A DNA stretch of 35,420 nucleotides from Chiloscyllium plagiosum (GCF_004010195.1 NC_057752.1:14255474-14290893); one strand, 5' to 3'. Counted from the first letter of the stretch, positions 11,153 through 23,073 are shown. Made by a program: numbers and translations. The notes: a model not told the origin generated them from the sequence alone.

Positions 11153-11327
11153 GTACTTCCAAATAAACCTGTTGACCTATAACCTGATGTTATGTGATTT
11201 TTAACTTTGTACACCCCAGTCCAATATTGGTACCTCCAAATATTGGTTATCAAGAATTGTCTTACCTTAGAAAATATTGTGCATCCACTACGTTCTAAGG
11301 AGCAGAATTGCAAAAATCTCATCTCTG

Positions 11328-11465
11328 CACACATACACACTCACATACACACACAGGCACACACACGCAGGCACACACACTCTTTCTCTCCCTCTCACAT
11401 ACACACACACAGACTCACACACTCACTCTCTCTCACATACATACAGAAACACACTCACACACACC
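11328..11465. repeat. Imperfect (CA)n/(CT)n microsatellite
   Basis: Seen directly in the sequence. Confidence 0.95.
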
Positions 11466-11914
11466 CTCATCCTCCTCCAGCATCAGCCACTGCTCAAGGC
11501 CTTCGCAATTTCATGGGTTACTTCAAAACCTGCCTCCTTTTCCTTGGCAGGTTCGGTTTTTCAATGACGCACTACCATGCCCTCTTTCAGACCTCGGCTT
11601 GAATATGACCATCAGGCACATATGCCATCATTGAACAATGTTTTCAAAGAGGACCCTTGTTGGCTTTGGGGCAGGCGACCATAGTGCCTGATCTAAAATT
11701 GCAGACAGACAGAGCTGAGCAGAGGAATAAGGCCATCGCTCTATTTTAATTGCCCTATCTATCCCAAGGAGCCTCAGGAGATGGGGAGTGAAAATCAGGA
11801 TCAAGGGTTGGCTTTCGATTGACCTTTCTTTCTCTCTCAACATTCTGACTGGGAGTGTTTTGCATTCTTTGCCATCCAAAGACCCTGAATTACAGTTGAA
11901 AGCAGGGAATGCAC

Positions 11915-12275
11915 GGGCGGCACGGTGGGCACAGTGGTTAGCACTGCTGCCTCACAGCGCCAGAGACCCGGGTTCAATTCCCGCCTCAGGCGACTGACTG
12001 TGTGGAGTTTGCACGTTCTCCCCGTGTCTGCGTGGGTTTCCTCCGGGTGCTCCGGTTTCCTCCCACAATCACAAAGATGTGCAGGTCAGGTGAATTGGCC
12101 ATGCTAAATTGCCCGTAGTGTTAGGTAAGGGGTAAATGTAGGGGTATGGGTGGGTTTCGCTTCGGCGGGTCGGTGTGGACTTGTTGGGCCGAAGGGCCTG
12201 TTTCCACACTGTAATCTAATCTAATCTAATCTAATCTAATCTAAAAAAAAAATCCAAAAAAAATCTAAAAAAAAA
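11915..12275 (+). mobile_element. HE1-like SINE, full length, young
   Basis: gggcggcacggtgg head, B-box ggttcaattcc, many CpGs retained, (TAATC)n plus A-rich tail. Confidence 0.97.
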
Positions 12276-12884
12276 TGCTATGAATCGAGGGATTTTGACC
12301 TTTCACCCTCTGAGCTAAAGAACAAAGTTGAGGATTGTAGCATTGTATTGGGGAATTTTGAGTGAGGCGTCTGCTCCTGGTGCTAGCAATAGTTTCTGGG
12401 CTGAAGGTTTCTATGGAGCAGAGTCAAAGCCATTGTCCCAGGTCTCCCTTTGGTCTTAGTTTGGGTGTCTCCAAGTGTGAGGCTGTGGTATTACAGTGTG
12501 GGAAGGACATCTCAGTGGTCTGGGCCTGAATGCATTTCTATGGAACTAGCTCCCTGATTAAAAACGCTGACCTGACCCTGGAGTCAGCAGGCTTTTGGCC
12601 TACCAAGATCCATTCTGAGAGAGCCTATCCTCTTTGACTCTGCAAACACAATAAGAAAAAAAATCCCAAAAATGACCACCCAGCAAATCAGAAAGAACAC
12701 TTTAGAATATTTAATAGAATTGCAGAATTAATTGCGACTGAGGGGATGTGAGAGACAATTGCATGAATCACTCGAGAGAGAGAGAATTGAAAGCTGAGGG
12801 AGCGGTGGCAATTAATGGCTCAAGATGGGAGCGAGAGGATTAGGCTTGCTGATGTTTTCAAATTGCCAAGAAAGGCCACAAAAA

Positions 12885-12990
12885 AGGCACCTTCCCATCC
12901 CAGGAAGGTGCTCCATGAGTGTGTGTGTGTGGTAGATGAAGTTACAGCACTGTAACATTGACCTTTGCTGCCTAGCAACATGGCTGACAA
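12885..12990. promoter_or_regulatory. Candidate enhancer/promoter motif cluster
   Basis: RFX-like gctgcctagcaac (12967-12979), YY1-like caacatggctg, nuclear-receptor-like tgacctttg and two palindromes in non-repeat DNA. Confidence 0.35.
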
Positions 12991-13387
12991 CTTCAGAGCA
13001 TTGCATTGTGGGAGTTCGCCCTTTCGTATTCCCTCCCTAAAATCATAAAGAACTTCTCTCACATCGACAAGATCCCAGCTTCAGTTAATGTAGACACTAG
13101 CAGGCATTTACTTGGGTATCAGAGTGAATGTCTTCGCTTGCAGACTCCTCCATGTCTGTACAGTCTCGGAGTATTTGATTTAATTGAATGAACAATACTG
13201 ACAGTTAAATGATAGGGCTGTGTCCCTGGCAATTTCACAACAGACCCAGCTTCACTTTTGACAGGAAGACATTTTCACCGTGCACAAATAAAGACTTGTT
13301 TCACAACATTCGAGAAGCACAGTCCGCCTGTGTAAAGTAACATTCTCTGAAATTTGTTTGATGGAGGTGAACTCGAAACAAGATCCA

Positions 13388-14456
13388 GTCATAGAGTTAT
13401 AGAGATGTACAGCACGCAAGCATACCATGCGGCCCAACTTGTCCATCCTAACCTTATCTAGTCCCATTTGCCAGCACCCGGCCCATATCCCTCTAACCCC
13501 TTCCTATTCATATACCCACCCAGATGCCTTTTAAATGTTGTAATTGTACCAGCCTCCACCACATCACCTGGCAGCTCATTCCATACACACACCACCCTCT
13601 GCGTGAGCAAGTTGCCCCTTGGGTCCGTTGTAAATCTTTCCTCTCTCACTTTCAGCCTATTCCCTCTAGTTCTGGACTCCCCCACTCTGGGGACAAGACT
13701 TTGTCTATTTATCCTATCCATGACCCTCATGATTTTATAAACCTCTATAAGGTCACTCCTCAGCCTCTGATGCTCCAGGGAAAACAGACCCAGCCTGTTC
13801 AGCCTCTCCCTATAGCTGTAACCCTCCAGCCCCAGCAAAGTCCTTGTAAATCTTGTCTGAACTCTTTCAAGTTTCACGACATCCTTCTGATAGGAAGGAG
13901 ACCAGAATTGCACACAACATTCCAAAAGTGGCCTAACCAATGTCCTGTACAGCCGCAACATGACCTCCTAACTCCTGTACTCAATACTCTGACCAATAAA
14001 GGAAAGCATACCAAACGCCTTCTTCACTATCCTATCTACCTGCACTTTCAAGGAGCTGGAGNNNNNNNNNNNNNNNNNNNNNNNNNNTGGTGTCATCTGC
14101 AAACTTACTAACTGTACCTCTTATGCTCACATCCAAATCATTTATGTAAATGACGAAAAGTAGAGGACCCAGCACTGATCCTTGTGGCACTCCACTGGTC
14201 ACAGGCCTCCAGTCTGAAAAACAACCTTCCACCACCACCCTCTGTCTTCTACCTTTGAGCCAGTTCTGTATCCAAATGGCTAGTTCTCCCTGTACTCCAT
14301 GAGATCTAACCTTGCTAATCAGTCTCCCATGGGGAACCCTGTCAAACACCTTAGTGAAGTCCATATGGATCACATCTACCACTCTGCCCTCATCAATCCT
14401 CTTTGTTACTTCTTCAAAAAACTCAATCAAGTTTGTGAGACATGATTTCCCACGCA
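13388..14456 (-). mobile_element. CR1 LINE RT domain and 3'UTR
   Basis: [56 protein letters not shown]. Confidence 0.97.
14062..14087. other. Assembly gap
   Basis: Run of N. Confidence 1.
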
Positions 14457-14627
14457 AAAAGTTATATATCGAAAGAAACTCTTACAGTCTTCCTCTATAT
14501 TACTGGCTAGCTTACCCTCATATTTAATCTTTTCCCACCTTATTTCTTTGTTGCTCTCTGTTGGTCTTTGTAGGCTTCCCAATCCTCTGGTTTCCCACTG
14601 CCCTTCGCCACATTATATGCTTTCTTT

Positions 14628-14782
14628 GTTAGATATAGTTCTTACAGCTAAAGGGATCATAGGAGGGAGGGCAATATTAGGGTATTGAGCTTGATGATCA
14701 CCCATGATCATGATGAATGGTGAAGCAGCTTCAAGGGGACCGAATGGCCTCCTATTGCTGCTATCTTCTATGCTTCAATGTT
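14628..14782 (+). mobile_element. CR1 3' terminal fragment
   Basis: gatcacccatgatcatgatgaatgg...ccgaatggcctcct matches the CR1 3'UTR at 9747-9826. Confidence 0.8.
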
Positions 14783-15264
14783 CCTCAGCACCACCCTGGC
14801 CCTGACCTGCTCAGTGTGTTGGGGAAAGGACAACTCATAACCAAAGGGCCAGTATATTGCATAACATTCAGTGGGACTAATCTTAGCAAAGCTGCGGCTC
14901 CATTTTGAGTAAAGGTCTTTGTACATTCTCATTCCATTCGCCACTTGCTGGCGTAAACAGCTTCAGTTGGACTTACAATGGGCATCTGAAGCAGGCAGCA
15001 TTCGAAATGACAGTCACGTCTCTGAGGCCGAGCCCCAGGGGACACGTCTTCCAGTTCCACGGGAAGATTTGAAACTACGATAATAAAGAGGCATTTGCGC
15101 ATTGATGACGTTTTGGATCTGCTTTTGGAAAGCAGCATTCACTCCCATTCCTTCGTCGCCAACCACAAAGCTCCAATTGCCAAGTCTTACTGTCTGAGCC
15201 ACTTCAGTACGTTGTACCTGGTTAGAGGTATTTTTTAATCAACACCTTCAGAGATGTTTGACAG

Positions 15265-15812
15265 ATAGAAAATAAGGGTAAGTCCAGGCCGTTCAGCCCT
15301 GCTCTGCCACTCGTGGCTGATAAACTCTGTCCCATGTTCCCGCTTTCTCCCCCATGCCCTTTGATTCCTTTCGCCCTAAGAACTCTATCTAACTTCTTTT
15401 TAGAAACATTCAATGTTTTATCCACAACCCCTTTCTGTGGGCAGAGAATTCCACAGGATCCCCACTCTCTGGATGAAGACATTTCTCCTCAGCTCAGTCC
15501 GAAATGGCCTACCCTGTACCCTTAGACTTGAGGGAAAAAGTGAAGATTGCAGATGCTGGAGATCAGAGCTGAAAATGTGTTGCTGGAAAAGCGCAGCAGG
15601 TCAGGCAGCATCCAAGGAGCAGGAGAATCGATGTTTTGGGCATGAGCCCTTCTTCCTGAAGAAGGCCTCATGCCTGAAACATCGATTCTCCTGCTCCTTG
15701 GATGCTGCCTGACCTGCTGCGCTTTCCCAGCAACACATTTTCAGCCCTTAGACTTGAGCCCCAGTTCTGGGCTCCCTCACCAGCAGGAACATCCGTCCTG
15801 TGTTAACCCTGT
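15265..15812 (-). mobile_element. CR1 3' fragment interrupted by a Penelope palindrome
   Basis: LDRVLRAKGIKGHG and a CR1-type 3'UTR. Confidence 0.85.
15533..15744. mobile_element. Palindromic Penelope family A element with almost no spacer
   Basis: About 90 bp inverted arms centred near 15656; exact 14 bp TSD cccttagacttgag at 15519-15532 and 15745-15758; hammerhead relic at 15656-15683. Confidence 0.9.
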
Positions 15813-15816
15813 CTCA

Positions 15817-16148
15817 TCATAGAATCCCTACAGTGTGGGAGTAGGCCATTTAGCTCACTGAGTTCACACCAACCCTCCAAAGAGGCATCCCACCCTATCC
15901 CTGTAACGCTGCATTTCCTCATAGCTAACCCACCTAACCTGCACACAATGGACAATTTGGCATGGCCAATCGATCTAACTGGCACATCTCTGGACTGTAG
16001 GAGGAAACTGGAGCACCCAGAGGAAGCCCATATAGACACAGGGAGAATGTGCAAACTCCACACAGCCAGTGGCCTGAGGCTAGAATTGAACCTGAGTCCC
16101 TGAGCGCTGTGAGACAGCAGTGCTAACCACTGTGTCACCGTGTCACCC
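15817..16148 (-). mobile_element. HE1-like SINE
   Basis: Head, core and tail match other copies. Confidence 0.92.
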
Positions 16149-16239
16149 AGCCCTAATTGATCCAGTCATATGTCAGTCCTTCCATCCCGGAAACCAGTCT
16201 GAGAAACTGTTTGTTTGCATTCCCTCCACACCTCTGGAA

Positions 16240-16527
16240 CAGTGGCTCAGTGGTTAGGACTGCTGCCTCACAGCACCAGGGTCCCAGGTTTGATTCCAGC
16301 CTCGGGCGACTGTCTGTGTGGAGTTTGCACATTCTCCCCGTGTCTGTGTGGGTTTCCTCCCACAGTCCAAAGATGTGCAGGTCAGGTGAATTAGCCATGC
16401 TACATTGCCCATAGTGTTAGGTGCATTAGTCAGAGAGAAATGGGTCTGGATGGGTTACTCGTCGGAGTGGCCTGGTTGGGCCGAGGGCCTGTTTCCACAC
16501 TGTAGGGAATCCAACCTAATCTAATCT
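16240..16527 (+). mobile_element. HE1-like SINE
   Basis: gtggctcagtggttagg head, core, ctaatctaatc tail. Confidence 0.92.
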
Positions 16528-17286
16528 GAACACAGGCCTCCTAGCTCACAGACAGGGCAGTGACCACGGCAGCACAGGTGCTTGGTGATATGGTTATGCA
16601 GACAGTCACAGCCAAGAGCAAATCGGACATCCACACGGGCAAAGCGAGTCAGAAGAGAGCACTGCATGGGGACCGGCGCCGGGAGGTTTCAGCTCAGTTG
16701 ACATTGGAATGGCCGACTGCTCTCTTTGTCTGAACTGGGTAACGTCTCCTTTGAGAAAGAGGAAAGAGTTTGAATTGCCCGCAAATATGGAGAGGTTCAT
16801 TTGATCTTATTGTTGTCGCTGAACCCGAGACTGAGTGAGAGAATGAAACGTCTGTGGGCTCCGATGCAACATGAAGTTTTAGTGAGATCACGAGGAGAAG
16901 CTATCTGAGAAATGAAACAAAACGATCAATGAGTTATTCACTGGCCGGGAATGCACTGCCTTTGATCAAGTTTTCAAATTAGTGTCTGCTGCTACTAGTG
17001 AGCCATGCATCATTTGTCCAGTCAGGCTGAGCTAGCCTGTTTAATCCACTCAGCGTGATGAATTGCAGGCAAAATCTCGCTGGCACGACTCTGAAATTTC
17101 AGCCGAACCCTCACGATAATAAAATGAAGACTCCAGGATATCGGTCCAACTTTACAAAGCAATGATTCAGTTCGCATCAGGCTGGATTGTTTTGCAGCAG
17201 AGAATTTGATCTCTATCTCTGAACACGCCACTGAACCTGCTGCTGTCTTCAACACTGACTGGAGTTGGTTGGGATCGTCTGACCAC

Positions 17287-17515
17287 TCGCAGAGGGTGGT
17301 ACGTGTATGGAATGAGCTGCCAGAGGAAGTGGTGGAGGCTGGTACAATTGCAACATTTAAGAGGCACCTGGATGGGTATATGAATAGGAAGGGTTTTGGG
17401 GGGATAAGGGCCGGGTGCTGGCAGGTGGGACTAGATTGGGTTGGGATAGCTGGTCGGCATGGACGGGTTAGACCAAAGGGTTTGTTTCCATGCTGTACAT
17501 CTCTATGACTCTGTG
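17287..17515 (+). mobile_element. CR1 3' end
   Basis: QRVVRVWNELPEEVVEAGTIATFKRHLDGYM. Confidence 0.9.
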
Positions 17516-17614
17516 ACACTCCTGATGGGGGTCCATGGCATGTGGGCTCAGAAACACTATCCTTGTTATCCCTCACCTTCTGATCAATTTACTTCACGGT
17601 AGCATTCTAGGGTT

Positions 17615-17852
17615 TTTGTGGCGCAACATTATTGTCCCTCCCTCTCAGCCGGGAGGCTTGGATTCAAGCTTCAGAAGTGTATTCTAACATCTCTGAACAG
17701 AATGAATAGGTGAAAGTAAATAAAATGAACAAATCATTTTGTTTTTTTGTGGTGCAGTAGCAGTGTCCCTACCTCCGAACCTGGAGGCCCATGTTCAAGT
17801 CTCACCTGCTTTAGAGGTTTGTCATATCATTCCCTGAGCAGCTTGATTTATT
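17615..17852 (+). mobile_element. Two tandem short tRNA-like SINE heads (family 3)
   Basis: gtggcgca...tgtccct...ggagg...ttcaag at about 17618 and 17749; a third copy lies inverted at 25295-25402. Confidence 0.55.
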
Positions 17853-17892
17853 CAATCATGGGATGAGGGCATCACTGAGACCAACATTTATT

Positions 17893-18337
17893 GTCATAGA
17901 GTCATACAGCACGGAAACAGACCCTTCGGCCCAACCAGTCCATGCTGACCATAATCCCAAACTAACCCAGTACCGCCTGCCTGCTCCTGGCCCATCTCCC
18001 TCCAAACCTTTCCTAGTCATGTACTTATCCAAATGTCTTTTACATGTTGTAACTGTAACCACATCCACCACTTCCTCAGGAAGTTCATTCCACACATGAA
18101 CCACACACTGTGTAAAAAAATGGCCCCTCATGTCCTTTTTAAATCTTTCTCCTCTCACCTCAAAAATAGGCCCCCTAATCTTGAACTCCCCCACCCTCGG
18201 GGAAAACGTTTACTATTCACCTTATCCATACCCCTCATGATTTTATAATTTTATAAGGTCACCCCTCAACCTCCTATGCTCCCGTGGAAAAAATCTTCCA
18301 GCCTCTCCTTATAAAGCAAACCCTCCATTCCTGGTGA
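17893..18337 (-). mobile_element. CR1 3' end
   Basis: VRGERFKKDMRGHFFTQCVVHVWNELPEEVV. Confidence 0.9.
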
Positions 18338-18555
18338 CAACTGTTTTTCTTCAGCAGTGTTGGATTTCCACAGATCCTGATTGGTTTGTGGACCTTTGGC
18401 CTGGAGACCATCCCTGAACACCAGTTGGTAGCTGAAGCAAGAGTTTCTCCAACCACATGCTATAATCAGAAAGAACCATAATAAGTGCCTGAAACTTGTG
18501 TGGCAGAACTCACCCAGCCCTGATGATGACTTTACGGGTCTTACTCTGCACAATG

Positions 18556-18770
18556 AGAGAAAGTGAGGGCTGCAGATGCTGGAGAGTCAGATTCGAAAAA
18601 GTGTGGTGCTGGAAAAGCACAGCAGGTCAGGCAGCATCCGAGGAGCAGGAGAATCAGTGTTTTGGGCATAGGCCCTTCATCAGGAATGTGGGGGTGGAGG
18701 AGCAGGGGGCTGAGAGATAAATAGGAGGGGGAGGGGGCTGGGGGGTGGGGGGGTGAGGGAAGGTAGCTGG
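18556..18770 (-). mobile_element. Penelope family A terminal repeat with inactivated hammerhead (18656-18683)
   Basis: CTGATGA-a-gggc-ctat-gccc-AAAA; preceded on the minus strand by a pyrimidine-rich 3'UTR. Confidence 0.8.
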
Positions 18771-19180
18771 GACACATTTTTACACTGAACAATGTATTGG
18801 CCAGTCCAGCATAATCTGATCTCGGGCCACTGATCTTCCCTATGCTGCCATCTCTTTTCTTGTGTTTCTCTCAACAGATTCACTGCGAGTTGCAGGATGG
18901 ACAACCCTATCAAAAATACACTTCAGTCCCCACCGGTGCCTGGGCATTTTATTGTTCAAGTCAATATTGCCCATTTCCACAAGGCATGAGTCTCTGTTGT
19001 TCTGGCAGAACATTTTAGAACTCAGCATTCGATGCCCTGTTTTTCTCAGAATAAGCTTCCTGTCAAATGCAAGTAAAATACCTTTCGGAGTCGAGCTATT
19101 CCAGGTATATAAATCAGCCAAAGAATGCCCATTTTAAATAATATGAAGGAGACAACTTCAAAGACAATGCCATTGTAACT

Positions 19181-19485
19181 GGGCCGGCACGGTGGCTCTG
19201 TGGTTAGCACTGCTGCCTCACAGCACCAGTGACCTGGGTTCAACTCCAGCCTTGGGCGATTGTCTGTGTAGAGTTTGCACATTCTCCCCGTGTCTGCGTG
19301 GGTTTCCTCCCACAGTCCAAAGATGTGCAGGTCGGATGAATTGGCTATGCTAAATTGCCCATAGCGTTAGGTGCATTAGTCAGAGGGAAATGGGACTGGG
19401 TGGGTTACTCTTTGGAGGGTCGGTGTGTGGACTGGTTGGGCTGAAGGGCCTGTTTCCACACTGTAGGGAAACTAAAAAAATCTAA
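19181..19485 (+). mobile_element. HE1-like SINE
   Basis: Head, core and tail match other copies. Confidence 0.93.
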
Positions 19486-19519
19486 TACTGCATGCTATTG
19501 TGAGGTGAGGCAATGGACG

Positions 19520-19657
19520 ATAGTGGGATTTGAATTAAGAGTCTAATGATGACCATGAATCCACTGGCTCACTAATGCCCATGAGGGAAGAAAAGTGCTG
19601 GCCCACATGTGACTCCAAACCCACAATAATGTGGCTTGCTCTTGACTGCCCTCTGGG
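19520..19657 (+). mobile_element. SINE family 2, partial
   Basis: taatgatgaccatgaatcca...acatgtgactccaa matches 2257-2370. Confidence 0.65.
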
Positions 19658-20014
19658 TGAGACTTGAACCTGATTCAGAGCTTGTGCCATAAGGGCCCTT
19701 CCCATGGTAAAGTGTGTCATTACATTTTTATGGAAATGCAAAAGGATCTCAAGGCTTTGGAGAGAGAGTGCAGTGGACATGTGCTGGAATGACACTTTCC
19801 TCCTTTCCTTCTTTTAGAAACAGTGGGGTAACATTAGCTAGCCTCCAATTTGTGCCAATTGCTCCAGAATTTTAGAAGGTGACCACAAATGTACCCATTA
19901 TTTCTCGGGCCACTTTCTTTAGCACTCTGTGATGCACATTATCAGGCCCTGGGGATTTATCAGCCTCCAATCCCATCAATTTCTCCAACACTATTTCTCT
20001 ATCAATGCAAATAC

Positions 20015-20457
20015 AGGGTTTGAGCTATAGGGAGAGGCTGAACAGGCTGGGGCTGTTTTCCCTGGAGTGTCAGAGGCTGAGGGGTGACCTTATAGAGGTT
20101 TATAACATCATGAGGGGCATGGATAGGGTAAATAGGCAAGGTCTTTTCCCCAGGGTAGGGGAGTCCAAAACTGGAGGGCATTGGTTTAGGGTGAGAGGGG
20201 AAAGATATGGAAGAAACCTAAGGGGCACCTTTTTCACACAGAGGGTGGTACATGTATGGCATGAGCTGCCAGAGAAAGTGGTGGAGGCTGGTACAATTGC
20301 AACATTTAAAAGGTGTCTGGATGAGTATATGAATAGGAAGGGTTTGGAGGGATATGGGCCAAACGCTGGCAAATGGGACGAGATCAATTTAGGATATCTT
20401 GTCGGCATGGACGGGTTGGACCGAAGACTCTGTTTTCCGTGCTGTACAACTCTGTGA
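20015..20457 (+). mobile_element. CR1 3' end
   Basis: SYRERLNRLGLFSLE...WHELPEKVV. An opposite-strand CR1-like fragment probably occupies 19810-20000. Confidence 0.92.
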
Positions 20458-20704
20458 TACTTGAATGCGGGACTTCAGTTATGTGGAGAGAATCGCATAG
20501 AATCGTAAAATGTTTTCAACACAGGAGGCCATTCAGCCCGTTGTGTCTGTGTAAGGTGACAGATTGTGGTTAGATTCAATTCTGCTGCCCCTGATAGCCC
20601 ATAGCACCTCACAGCTATCGGGTTTTGAGTTGCTCAATCTATTCAATGTCTGTCCCATTCAGCACGTTGGGAACACCACACAACATGATGGCAGGTAATC
20701 TCAA

Positions 20705-21478
20705 TGTGAAGACAGTGTTTTATTGACAGAGCAGCACCCTAAAGATATCTTTCACTTTTAATTCCAAAATGATTGGTTTAAAGATGAGGACTTGCATGAA
20801 ATAAAAACTGCAGATGTAAATTAATTGGCTATCTGAATACGTCCTGTGGGAATGTCACGCCTGTAAAGTGCCAAGGAAATGTCAAGCAGGGAAAGAGTTA
20901 ACAAGAAGTGATAACCGGGGGATGACAATCACCTGAAAGCTACCTCTTGCAGACACGCCTGCTTTACCCTCCAGGAATATAAGAGATTAAAAATGGACTG
21001 CAACAATAGTCTGTGTGGGTCTTATTTGGCTGGATGGCCTAGTGTGGACAAGAGTGCTGTGAGGGCGACAGAGCAGCTATTCAGTAAACACCCCTGCCCT
21101 GCAGGTAAAACAAAGGGAAGACTCTATCACAACATCTGTCCTTCTTGAACAATTCAGAGATCGATCTTTTATTTTTATCTTGTGGAAACACCTCTTATCT
21201 CCCTGTGTAGATGTGTGTTGCACTATCATCGCTTTTCAGGCTTAGTAATTAATAAACTCATTCTTTTGTTAATTCAAGAAAACGTGGTTAAACTGGCTTC
21301 TTTTCAAGCATGTGTTCAGTTGGGTGGTGGCAGTCGGTAGCTCAAAGGAAAGGATCCTCAATAAATTAACCTTCTTGCAAACAACGAAAGGGGTTTGTGT
21401 ATAACTAAGGAGAGCTAGTTCATCCTCCCTCACCTTGGGGACTGAGAGATTTTGGATAACCCACCTTGAGCCATGACA
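20705..21478 (+). mobile_element. Possible solo LTR
   Basis: Begins tgtgaagac and ends ccatgaca; TATA-like aatataag at 20976 and AATAAA at 21251; no TSD found and boundaries uncertain. Confidence 0.4.
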
Positions 21479-21511
21479 ATCTGGGGAAGCCACCTGGAGT
21501 CTGATTGCACC

Positions 21512-22170
21512 AATGGGACTTCATCTCCACAAGGACTGTGTGGTGATCACTTTTACCGATACTGTCATGGACAGATACATCTGCAGCTGGCAGATTGGTA
21601 AGGATGAGGTTGAGTATATTTTTCCCTCTTGTTGGTTCCCCCACCGCCTGCTGCAGACCCAGTCTAGCAGCTATGTCCTTTAGGACCTGACCAGCTCGAT
21701 CAGTAATACTGCTGCTGAGCCACTCTTGGTGGTGGACATTGAGATCCCCCACCCAGGGTACATTCTGTGACCTTGCCACCCTCAGTGCTTCCTCTAAGTG
21801 TTGTTCAACACGGAGAGGTACCGATTCATCAGCTGAGGGAGGACAGTACGTGGGAATCAGCAGGAGGGTTCCTTGCCCAGGTTTAACCTGAAGCCATGAG
21901 ACTTCATGGGGCCCGGAGTCAGTGCTGACGACTCATAGGATCACTCCCTCCCGACTGTGTCCCCACCCTCAGCTGGGTCTGTCTTGCCGGTGGGACAGGA
22001 TGTATCCAGGGATGGTGCTGGTGGTGTCTGGGACATTGTCTGGAAGGTATGATTCTGTGAGTATGACCATGTCAGGCTGTTGTTGGAGTAATCTGTGAGA
22101 CAGCTCTGCCAATGTTGGCGTTAGGCCTCAGATGGTAGCGAGGATTGACAGGATTGACAGGGCTGGTCAA
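21512..22170 (-). mobile_element. Second LINE family, endonuclease region
   Basis: WVGDLNVHHQEWL, PTRGKNILNLILTN, IGKSDHHTV (APE motifs). Confidence 0.9.
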
Positions 22171-22229
22171 TACCTGGTGGTCAATTCAGTTTCTTTCCTG
22201 GCTTTAGATTTTGTAGCAATCTGATACAA

Positions 22230-22500
22230 CCTAGTGACTTGCAAGGTAATCTCTTGTTGACCCTATTGGAGTCACATGCCAGTAAAACTAGATAAGGATG
22301 GCACATTTTCTTCCTTAAAGTGAATGAGATGGGTTTTTCTGACAATCAACAGAGGTTACATATCCATTAGCCTGACTTTTAATCTCAGATTTTTAAGAAA
22401 TACAATTTAGGCTTTACCACATGCCTTGGTGGGATCTGAACTCACATCCACAGAATGTGGGATGGTGGATGACAATCAAGTGACATTACCATTACCAGTC
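22230..22500 (-). mobile_element. SINE family 2, degraded
   Basis: ggagtcacatg...taaggatggca...gatgggttttt matches 2779-2855. Confidence 0.55.
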
Positions 22501-22519
22501 CCTGTGTGTTGGCCAGTGC

Positions 22520-22710
22520 TTGCTGCATTGGGCATTGACTGCTTCAGTATCTGAGGAGCCGTGAATGGTTCTGAACATTGTACAATCATCAGTGAACATC
22601 CCCCACTTCTGACCTTATGATGGAGGGAAGGTCATTGATGAAGCAGCTGAAGATGGTTGGGCCGAGGACACTACCCTGAGGGACTCCTGCAGAGATGTCC
22701 TGGGGCTCCG
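22520..22710 (-). mobile_element. LINE RT-region fragment, probably the second family
   Basis: Minus strand reads [21 protein letters not shown]. Confidence 0.75.
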
Positions 22711-22889
22711 AATCCTTGACAGTCTCTGTCAGTAAGTTCATTGCCTTGTTCACCACTGAGTTAAGCAGCTCAGGGAGATCACAGGCTCCATTGCTAGACT
22801 AGTTAATTAATCACACCTGGATACTGTAGCATAAAGGGTTAATGGCTACTGTGCGACTAGCTAGTGATTCTGTCCATCATCAGAATTCT

Positions 22890-23073
22890 TAGAATTATAG
22901 AATCCTACAGTACAGAAGAGGCCTTTCAGCCCATCAACTCTGTGCCACCAAGGCTACACTAAATCTACATTGTCCCACTTTCCTGTACTAGGCCTATAGC
23001 CTTGAACGTTCTGACATTTCAAGTGCCCACCCAAGTACTTCTTAATGGTTGTGAGGTTTCTCCCCTCAATTAC
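22890..23073 (-). mobile_element. CR1 3'UTR fragment, split by the LTR
   Basis: tacagtacagaagaggcctttcagcccatc matches other minus-strand CR1 ends. Confidence 0.7.

Larger units (their letters stand above)
10530..11240 (+). mobile_element. Penelope family B 3' region/terminal repeat, including a (CA)n tract
   Basis: Ends in a hammerhead motif plus aataaacctgttg...tgtgatttttaactttgtacaccccagtccaa, shared with 34637-34867. Penelope assignment and 5' boundary are inferred. Confidence 0.6.

Noticed and set aside
11207..11634. His/Thr-rich ORFs
   Set aside because: Translation of a (CA)n microsatellite.
11915..11990. tRNA gene
   Set aside because: tRNA-like A/B boxes continue into the SINE core and tail; many copies in the window.
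15533..15744. pre-miRNA or DNA-transposon MITE
   Set aside because: Arms are Penelope terminal repeats; the long TSD and asymmetric tail fit retrotransposition better.
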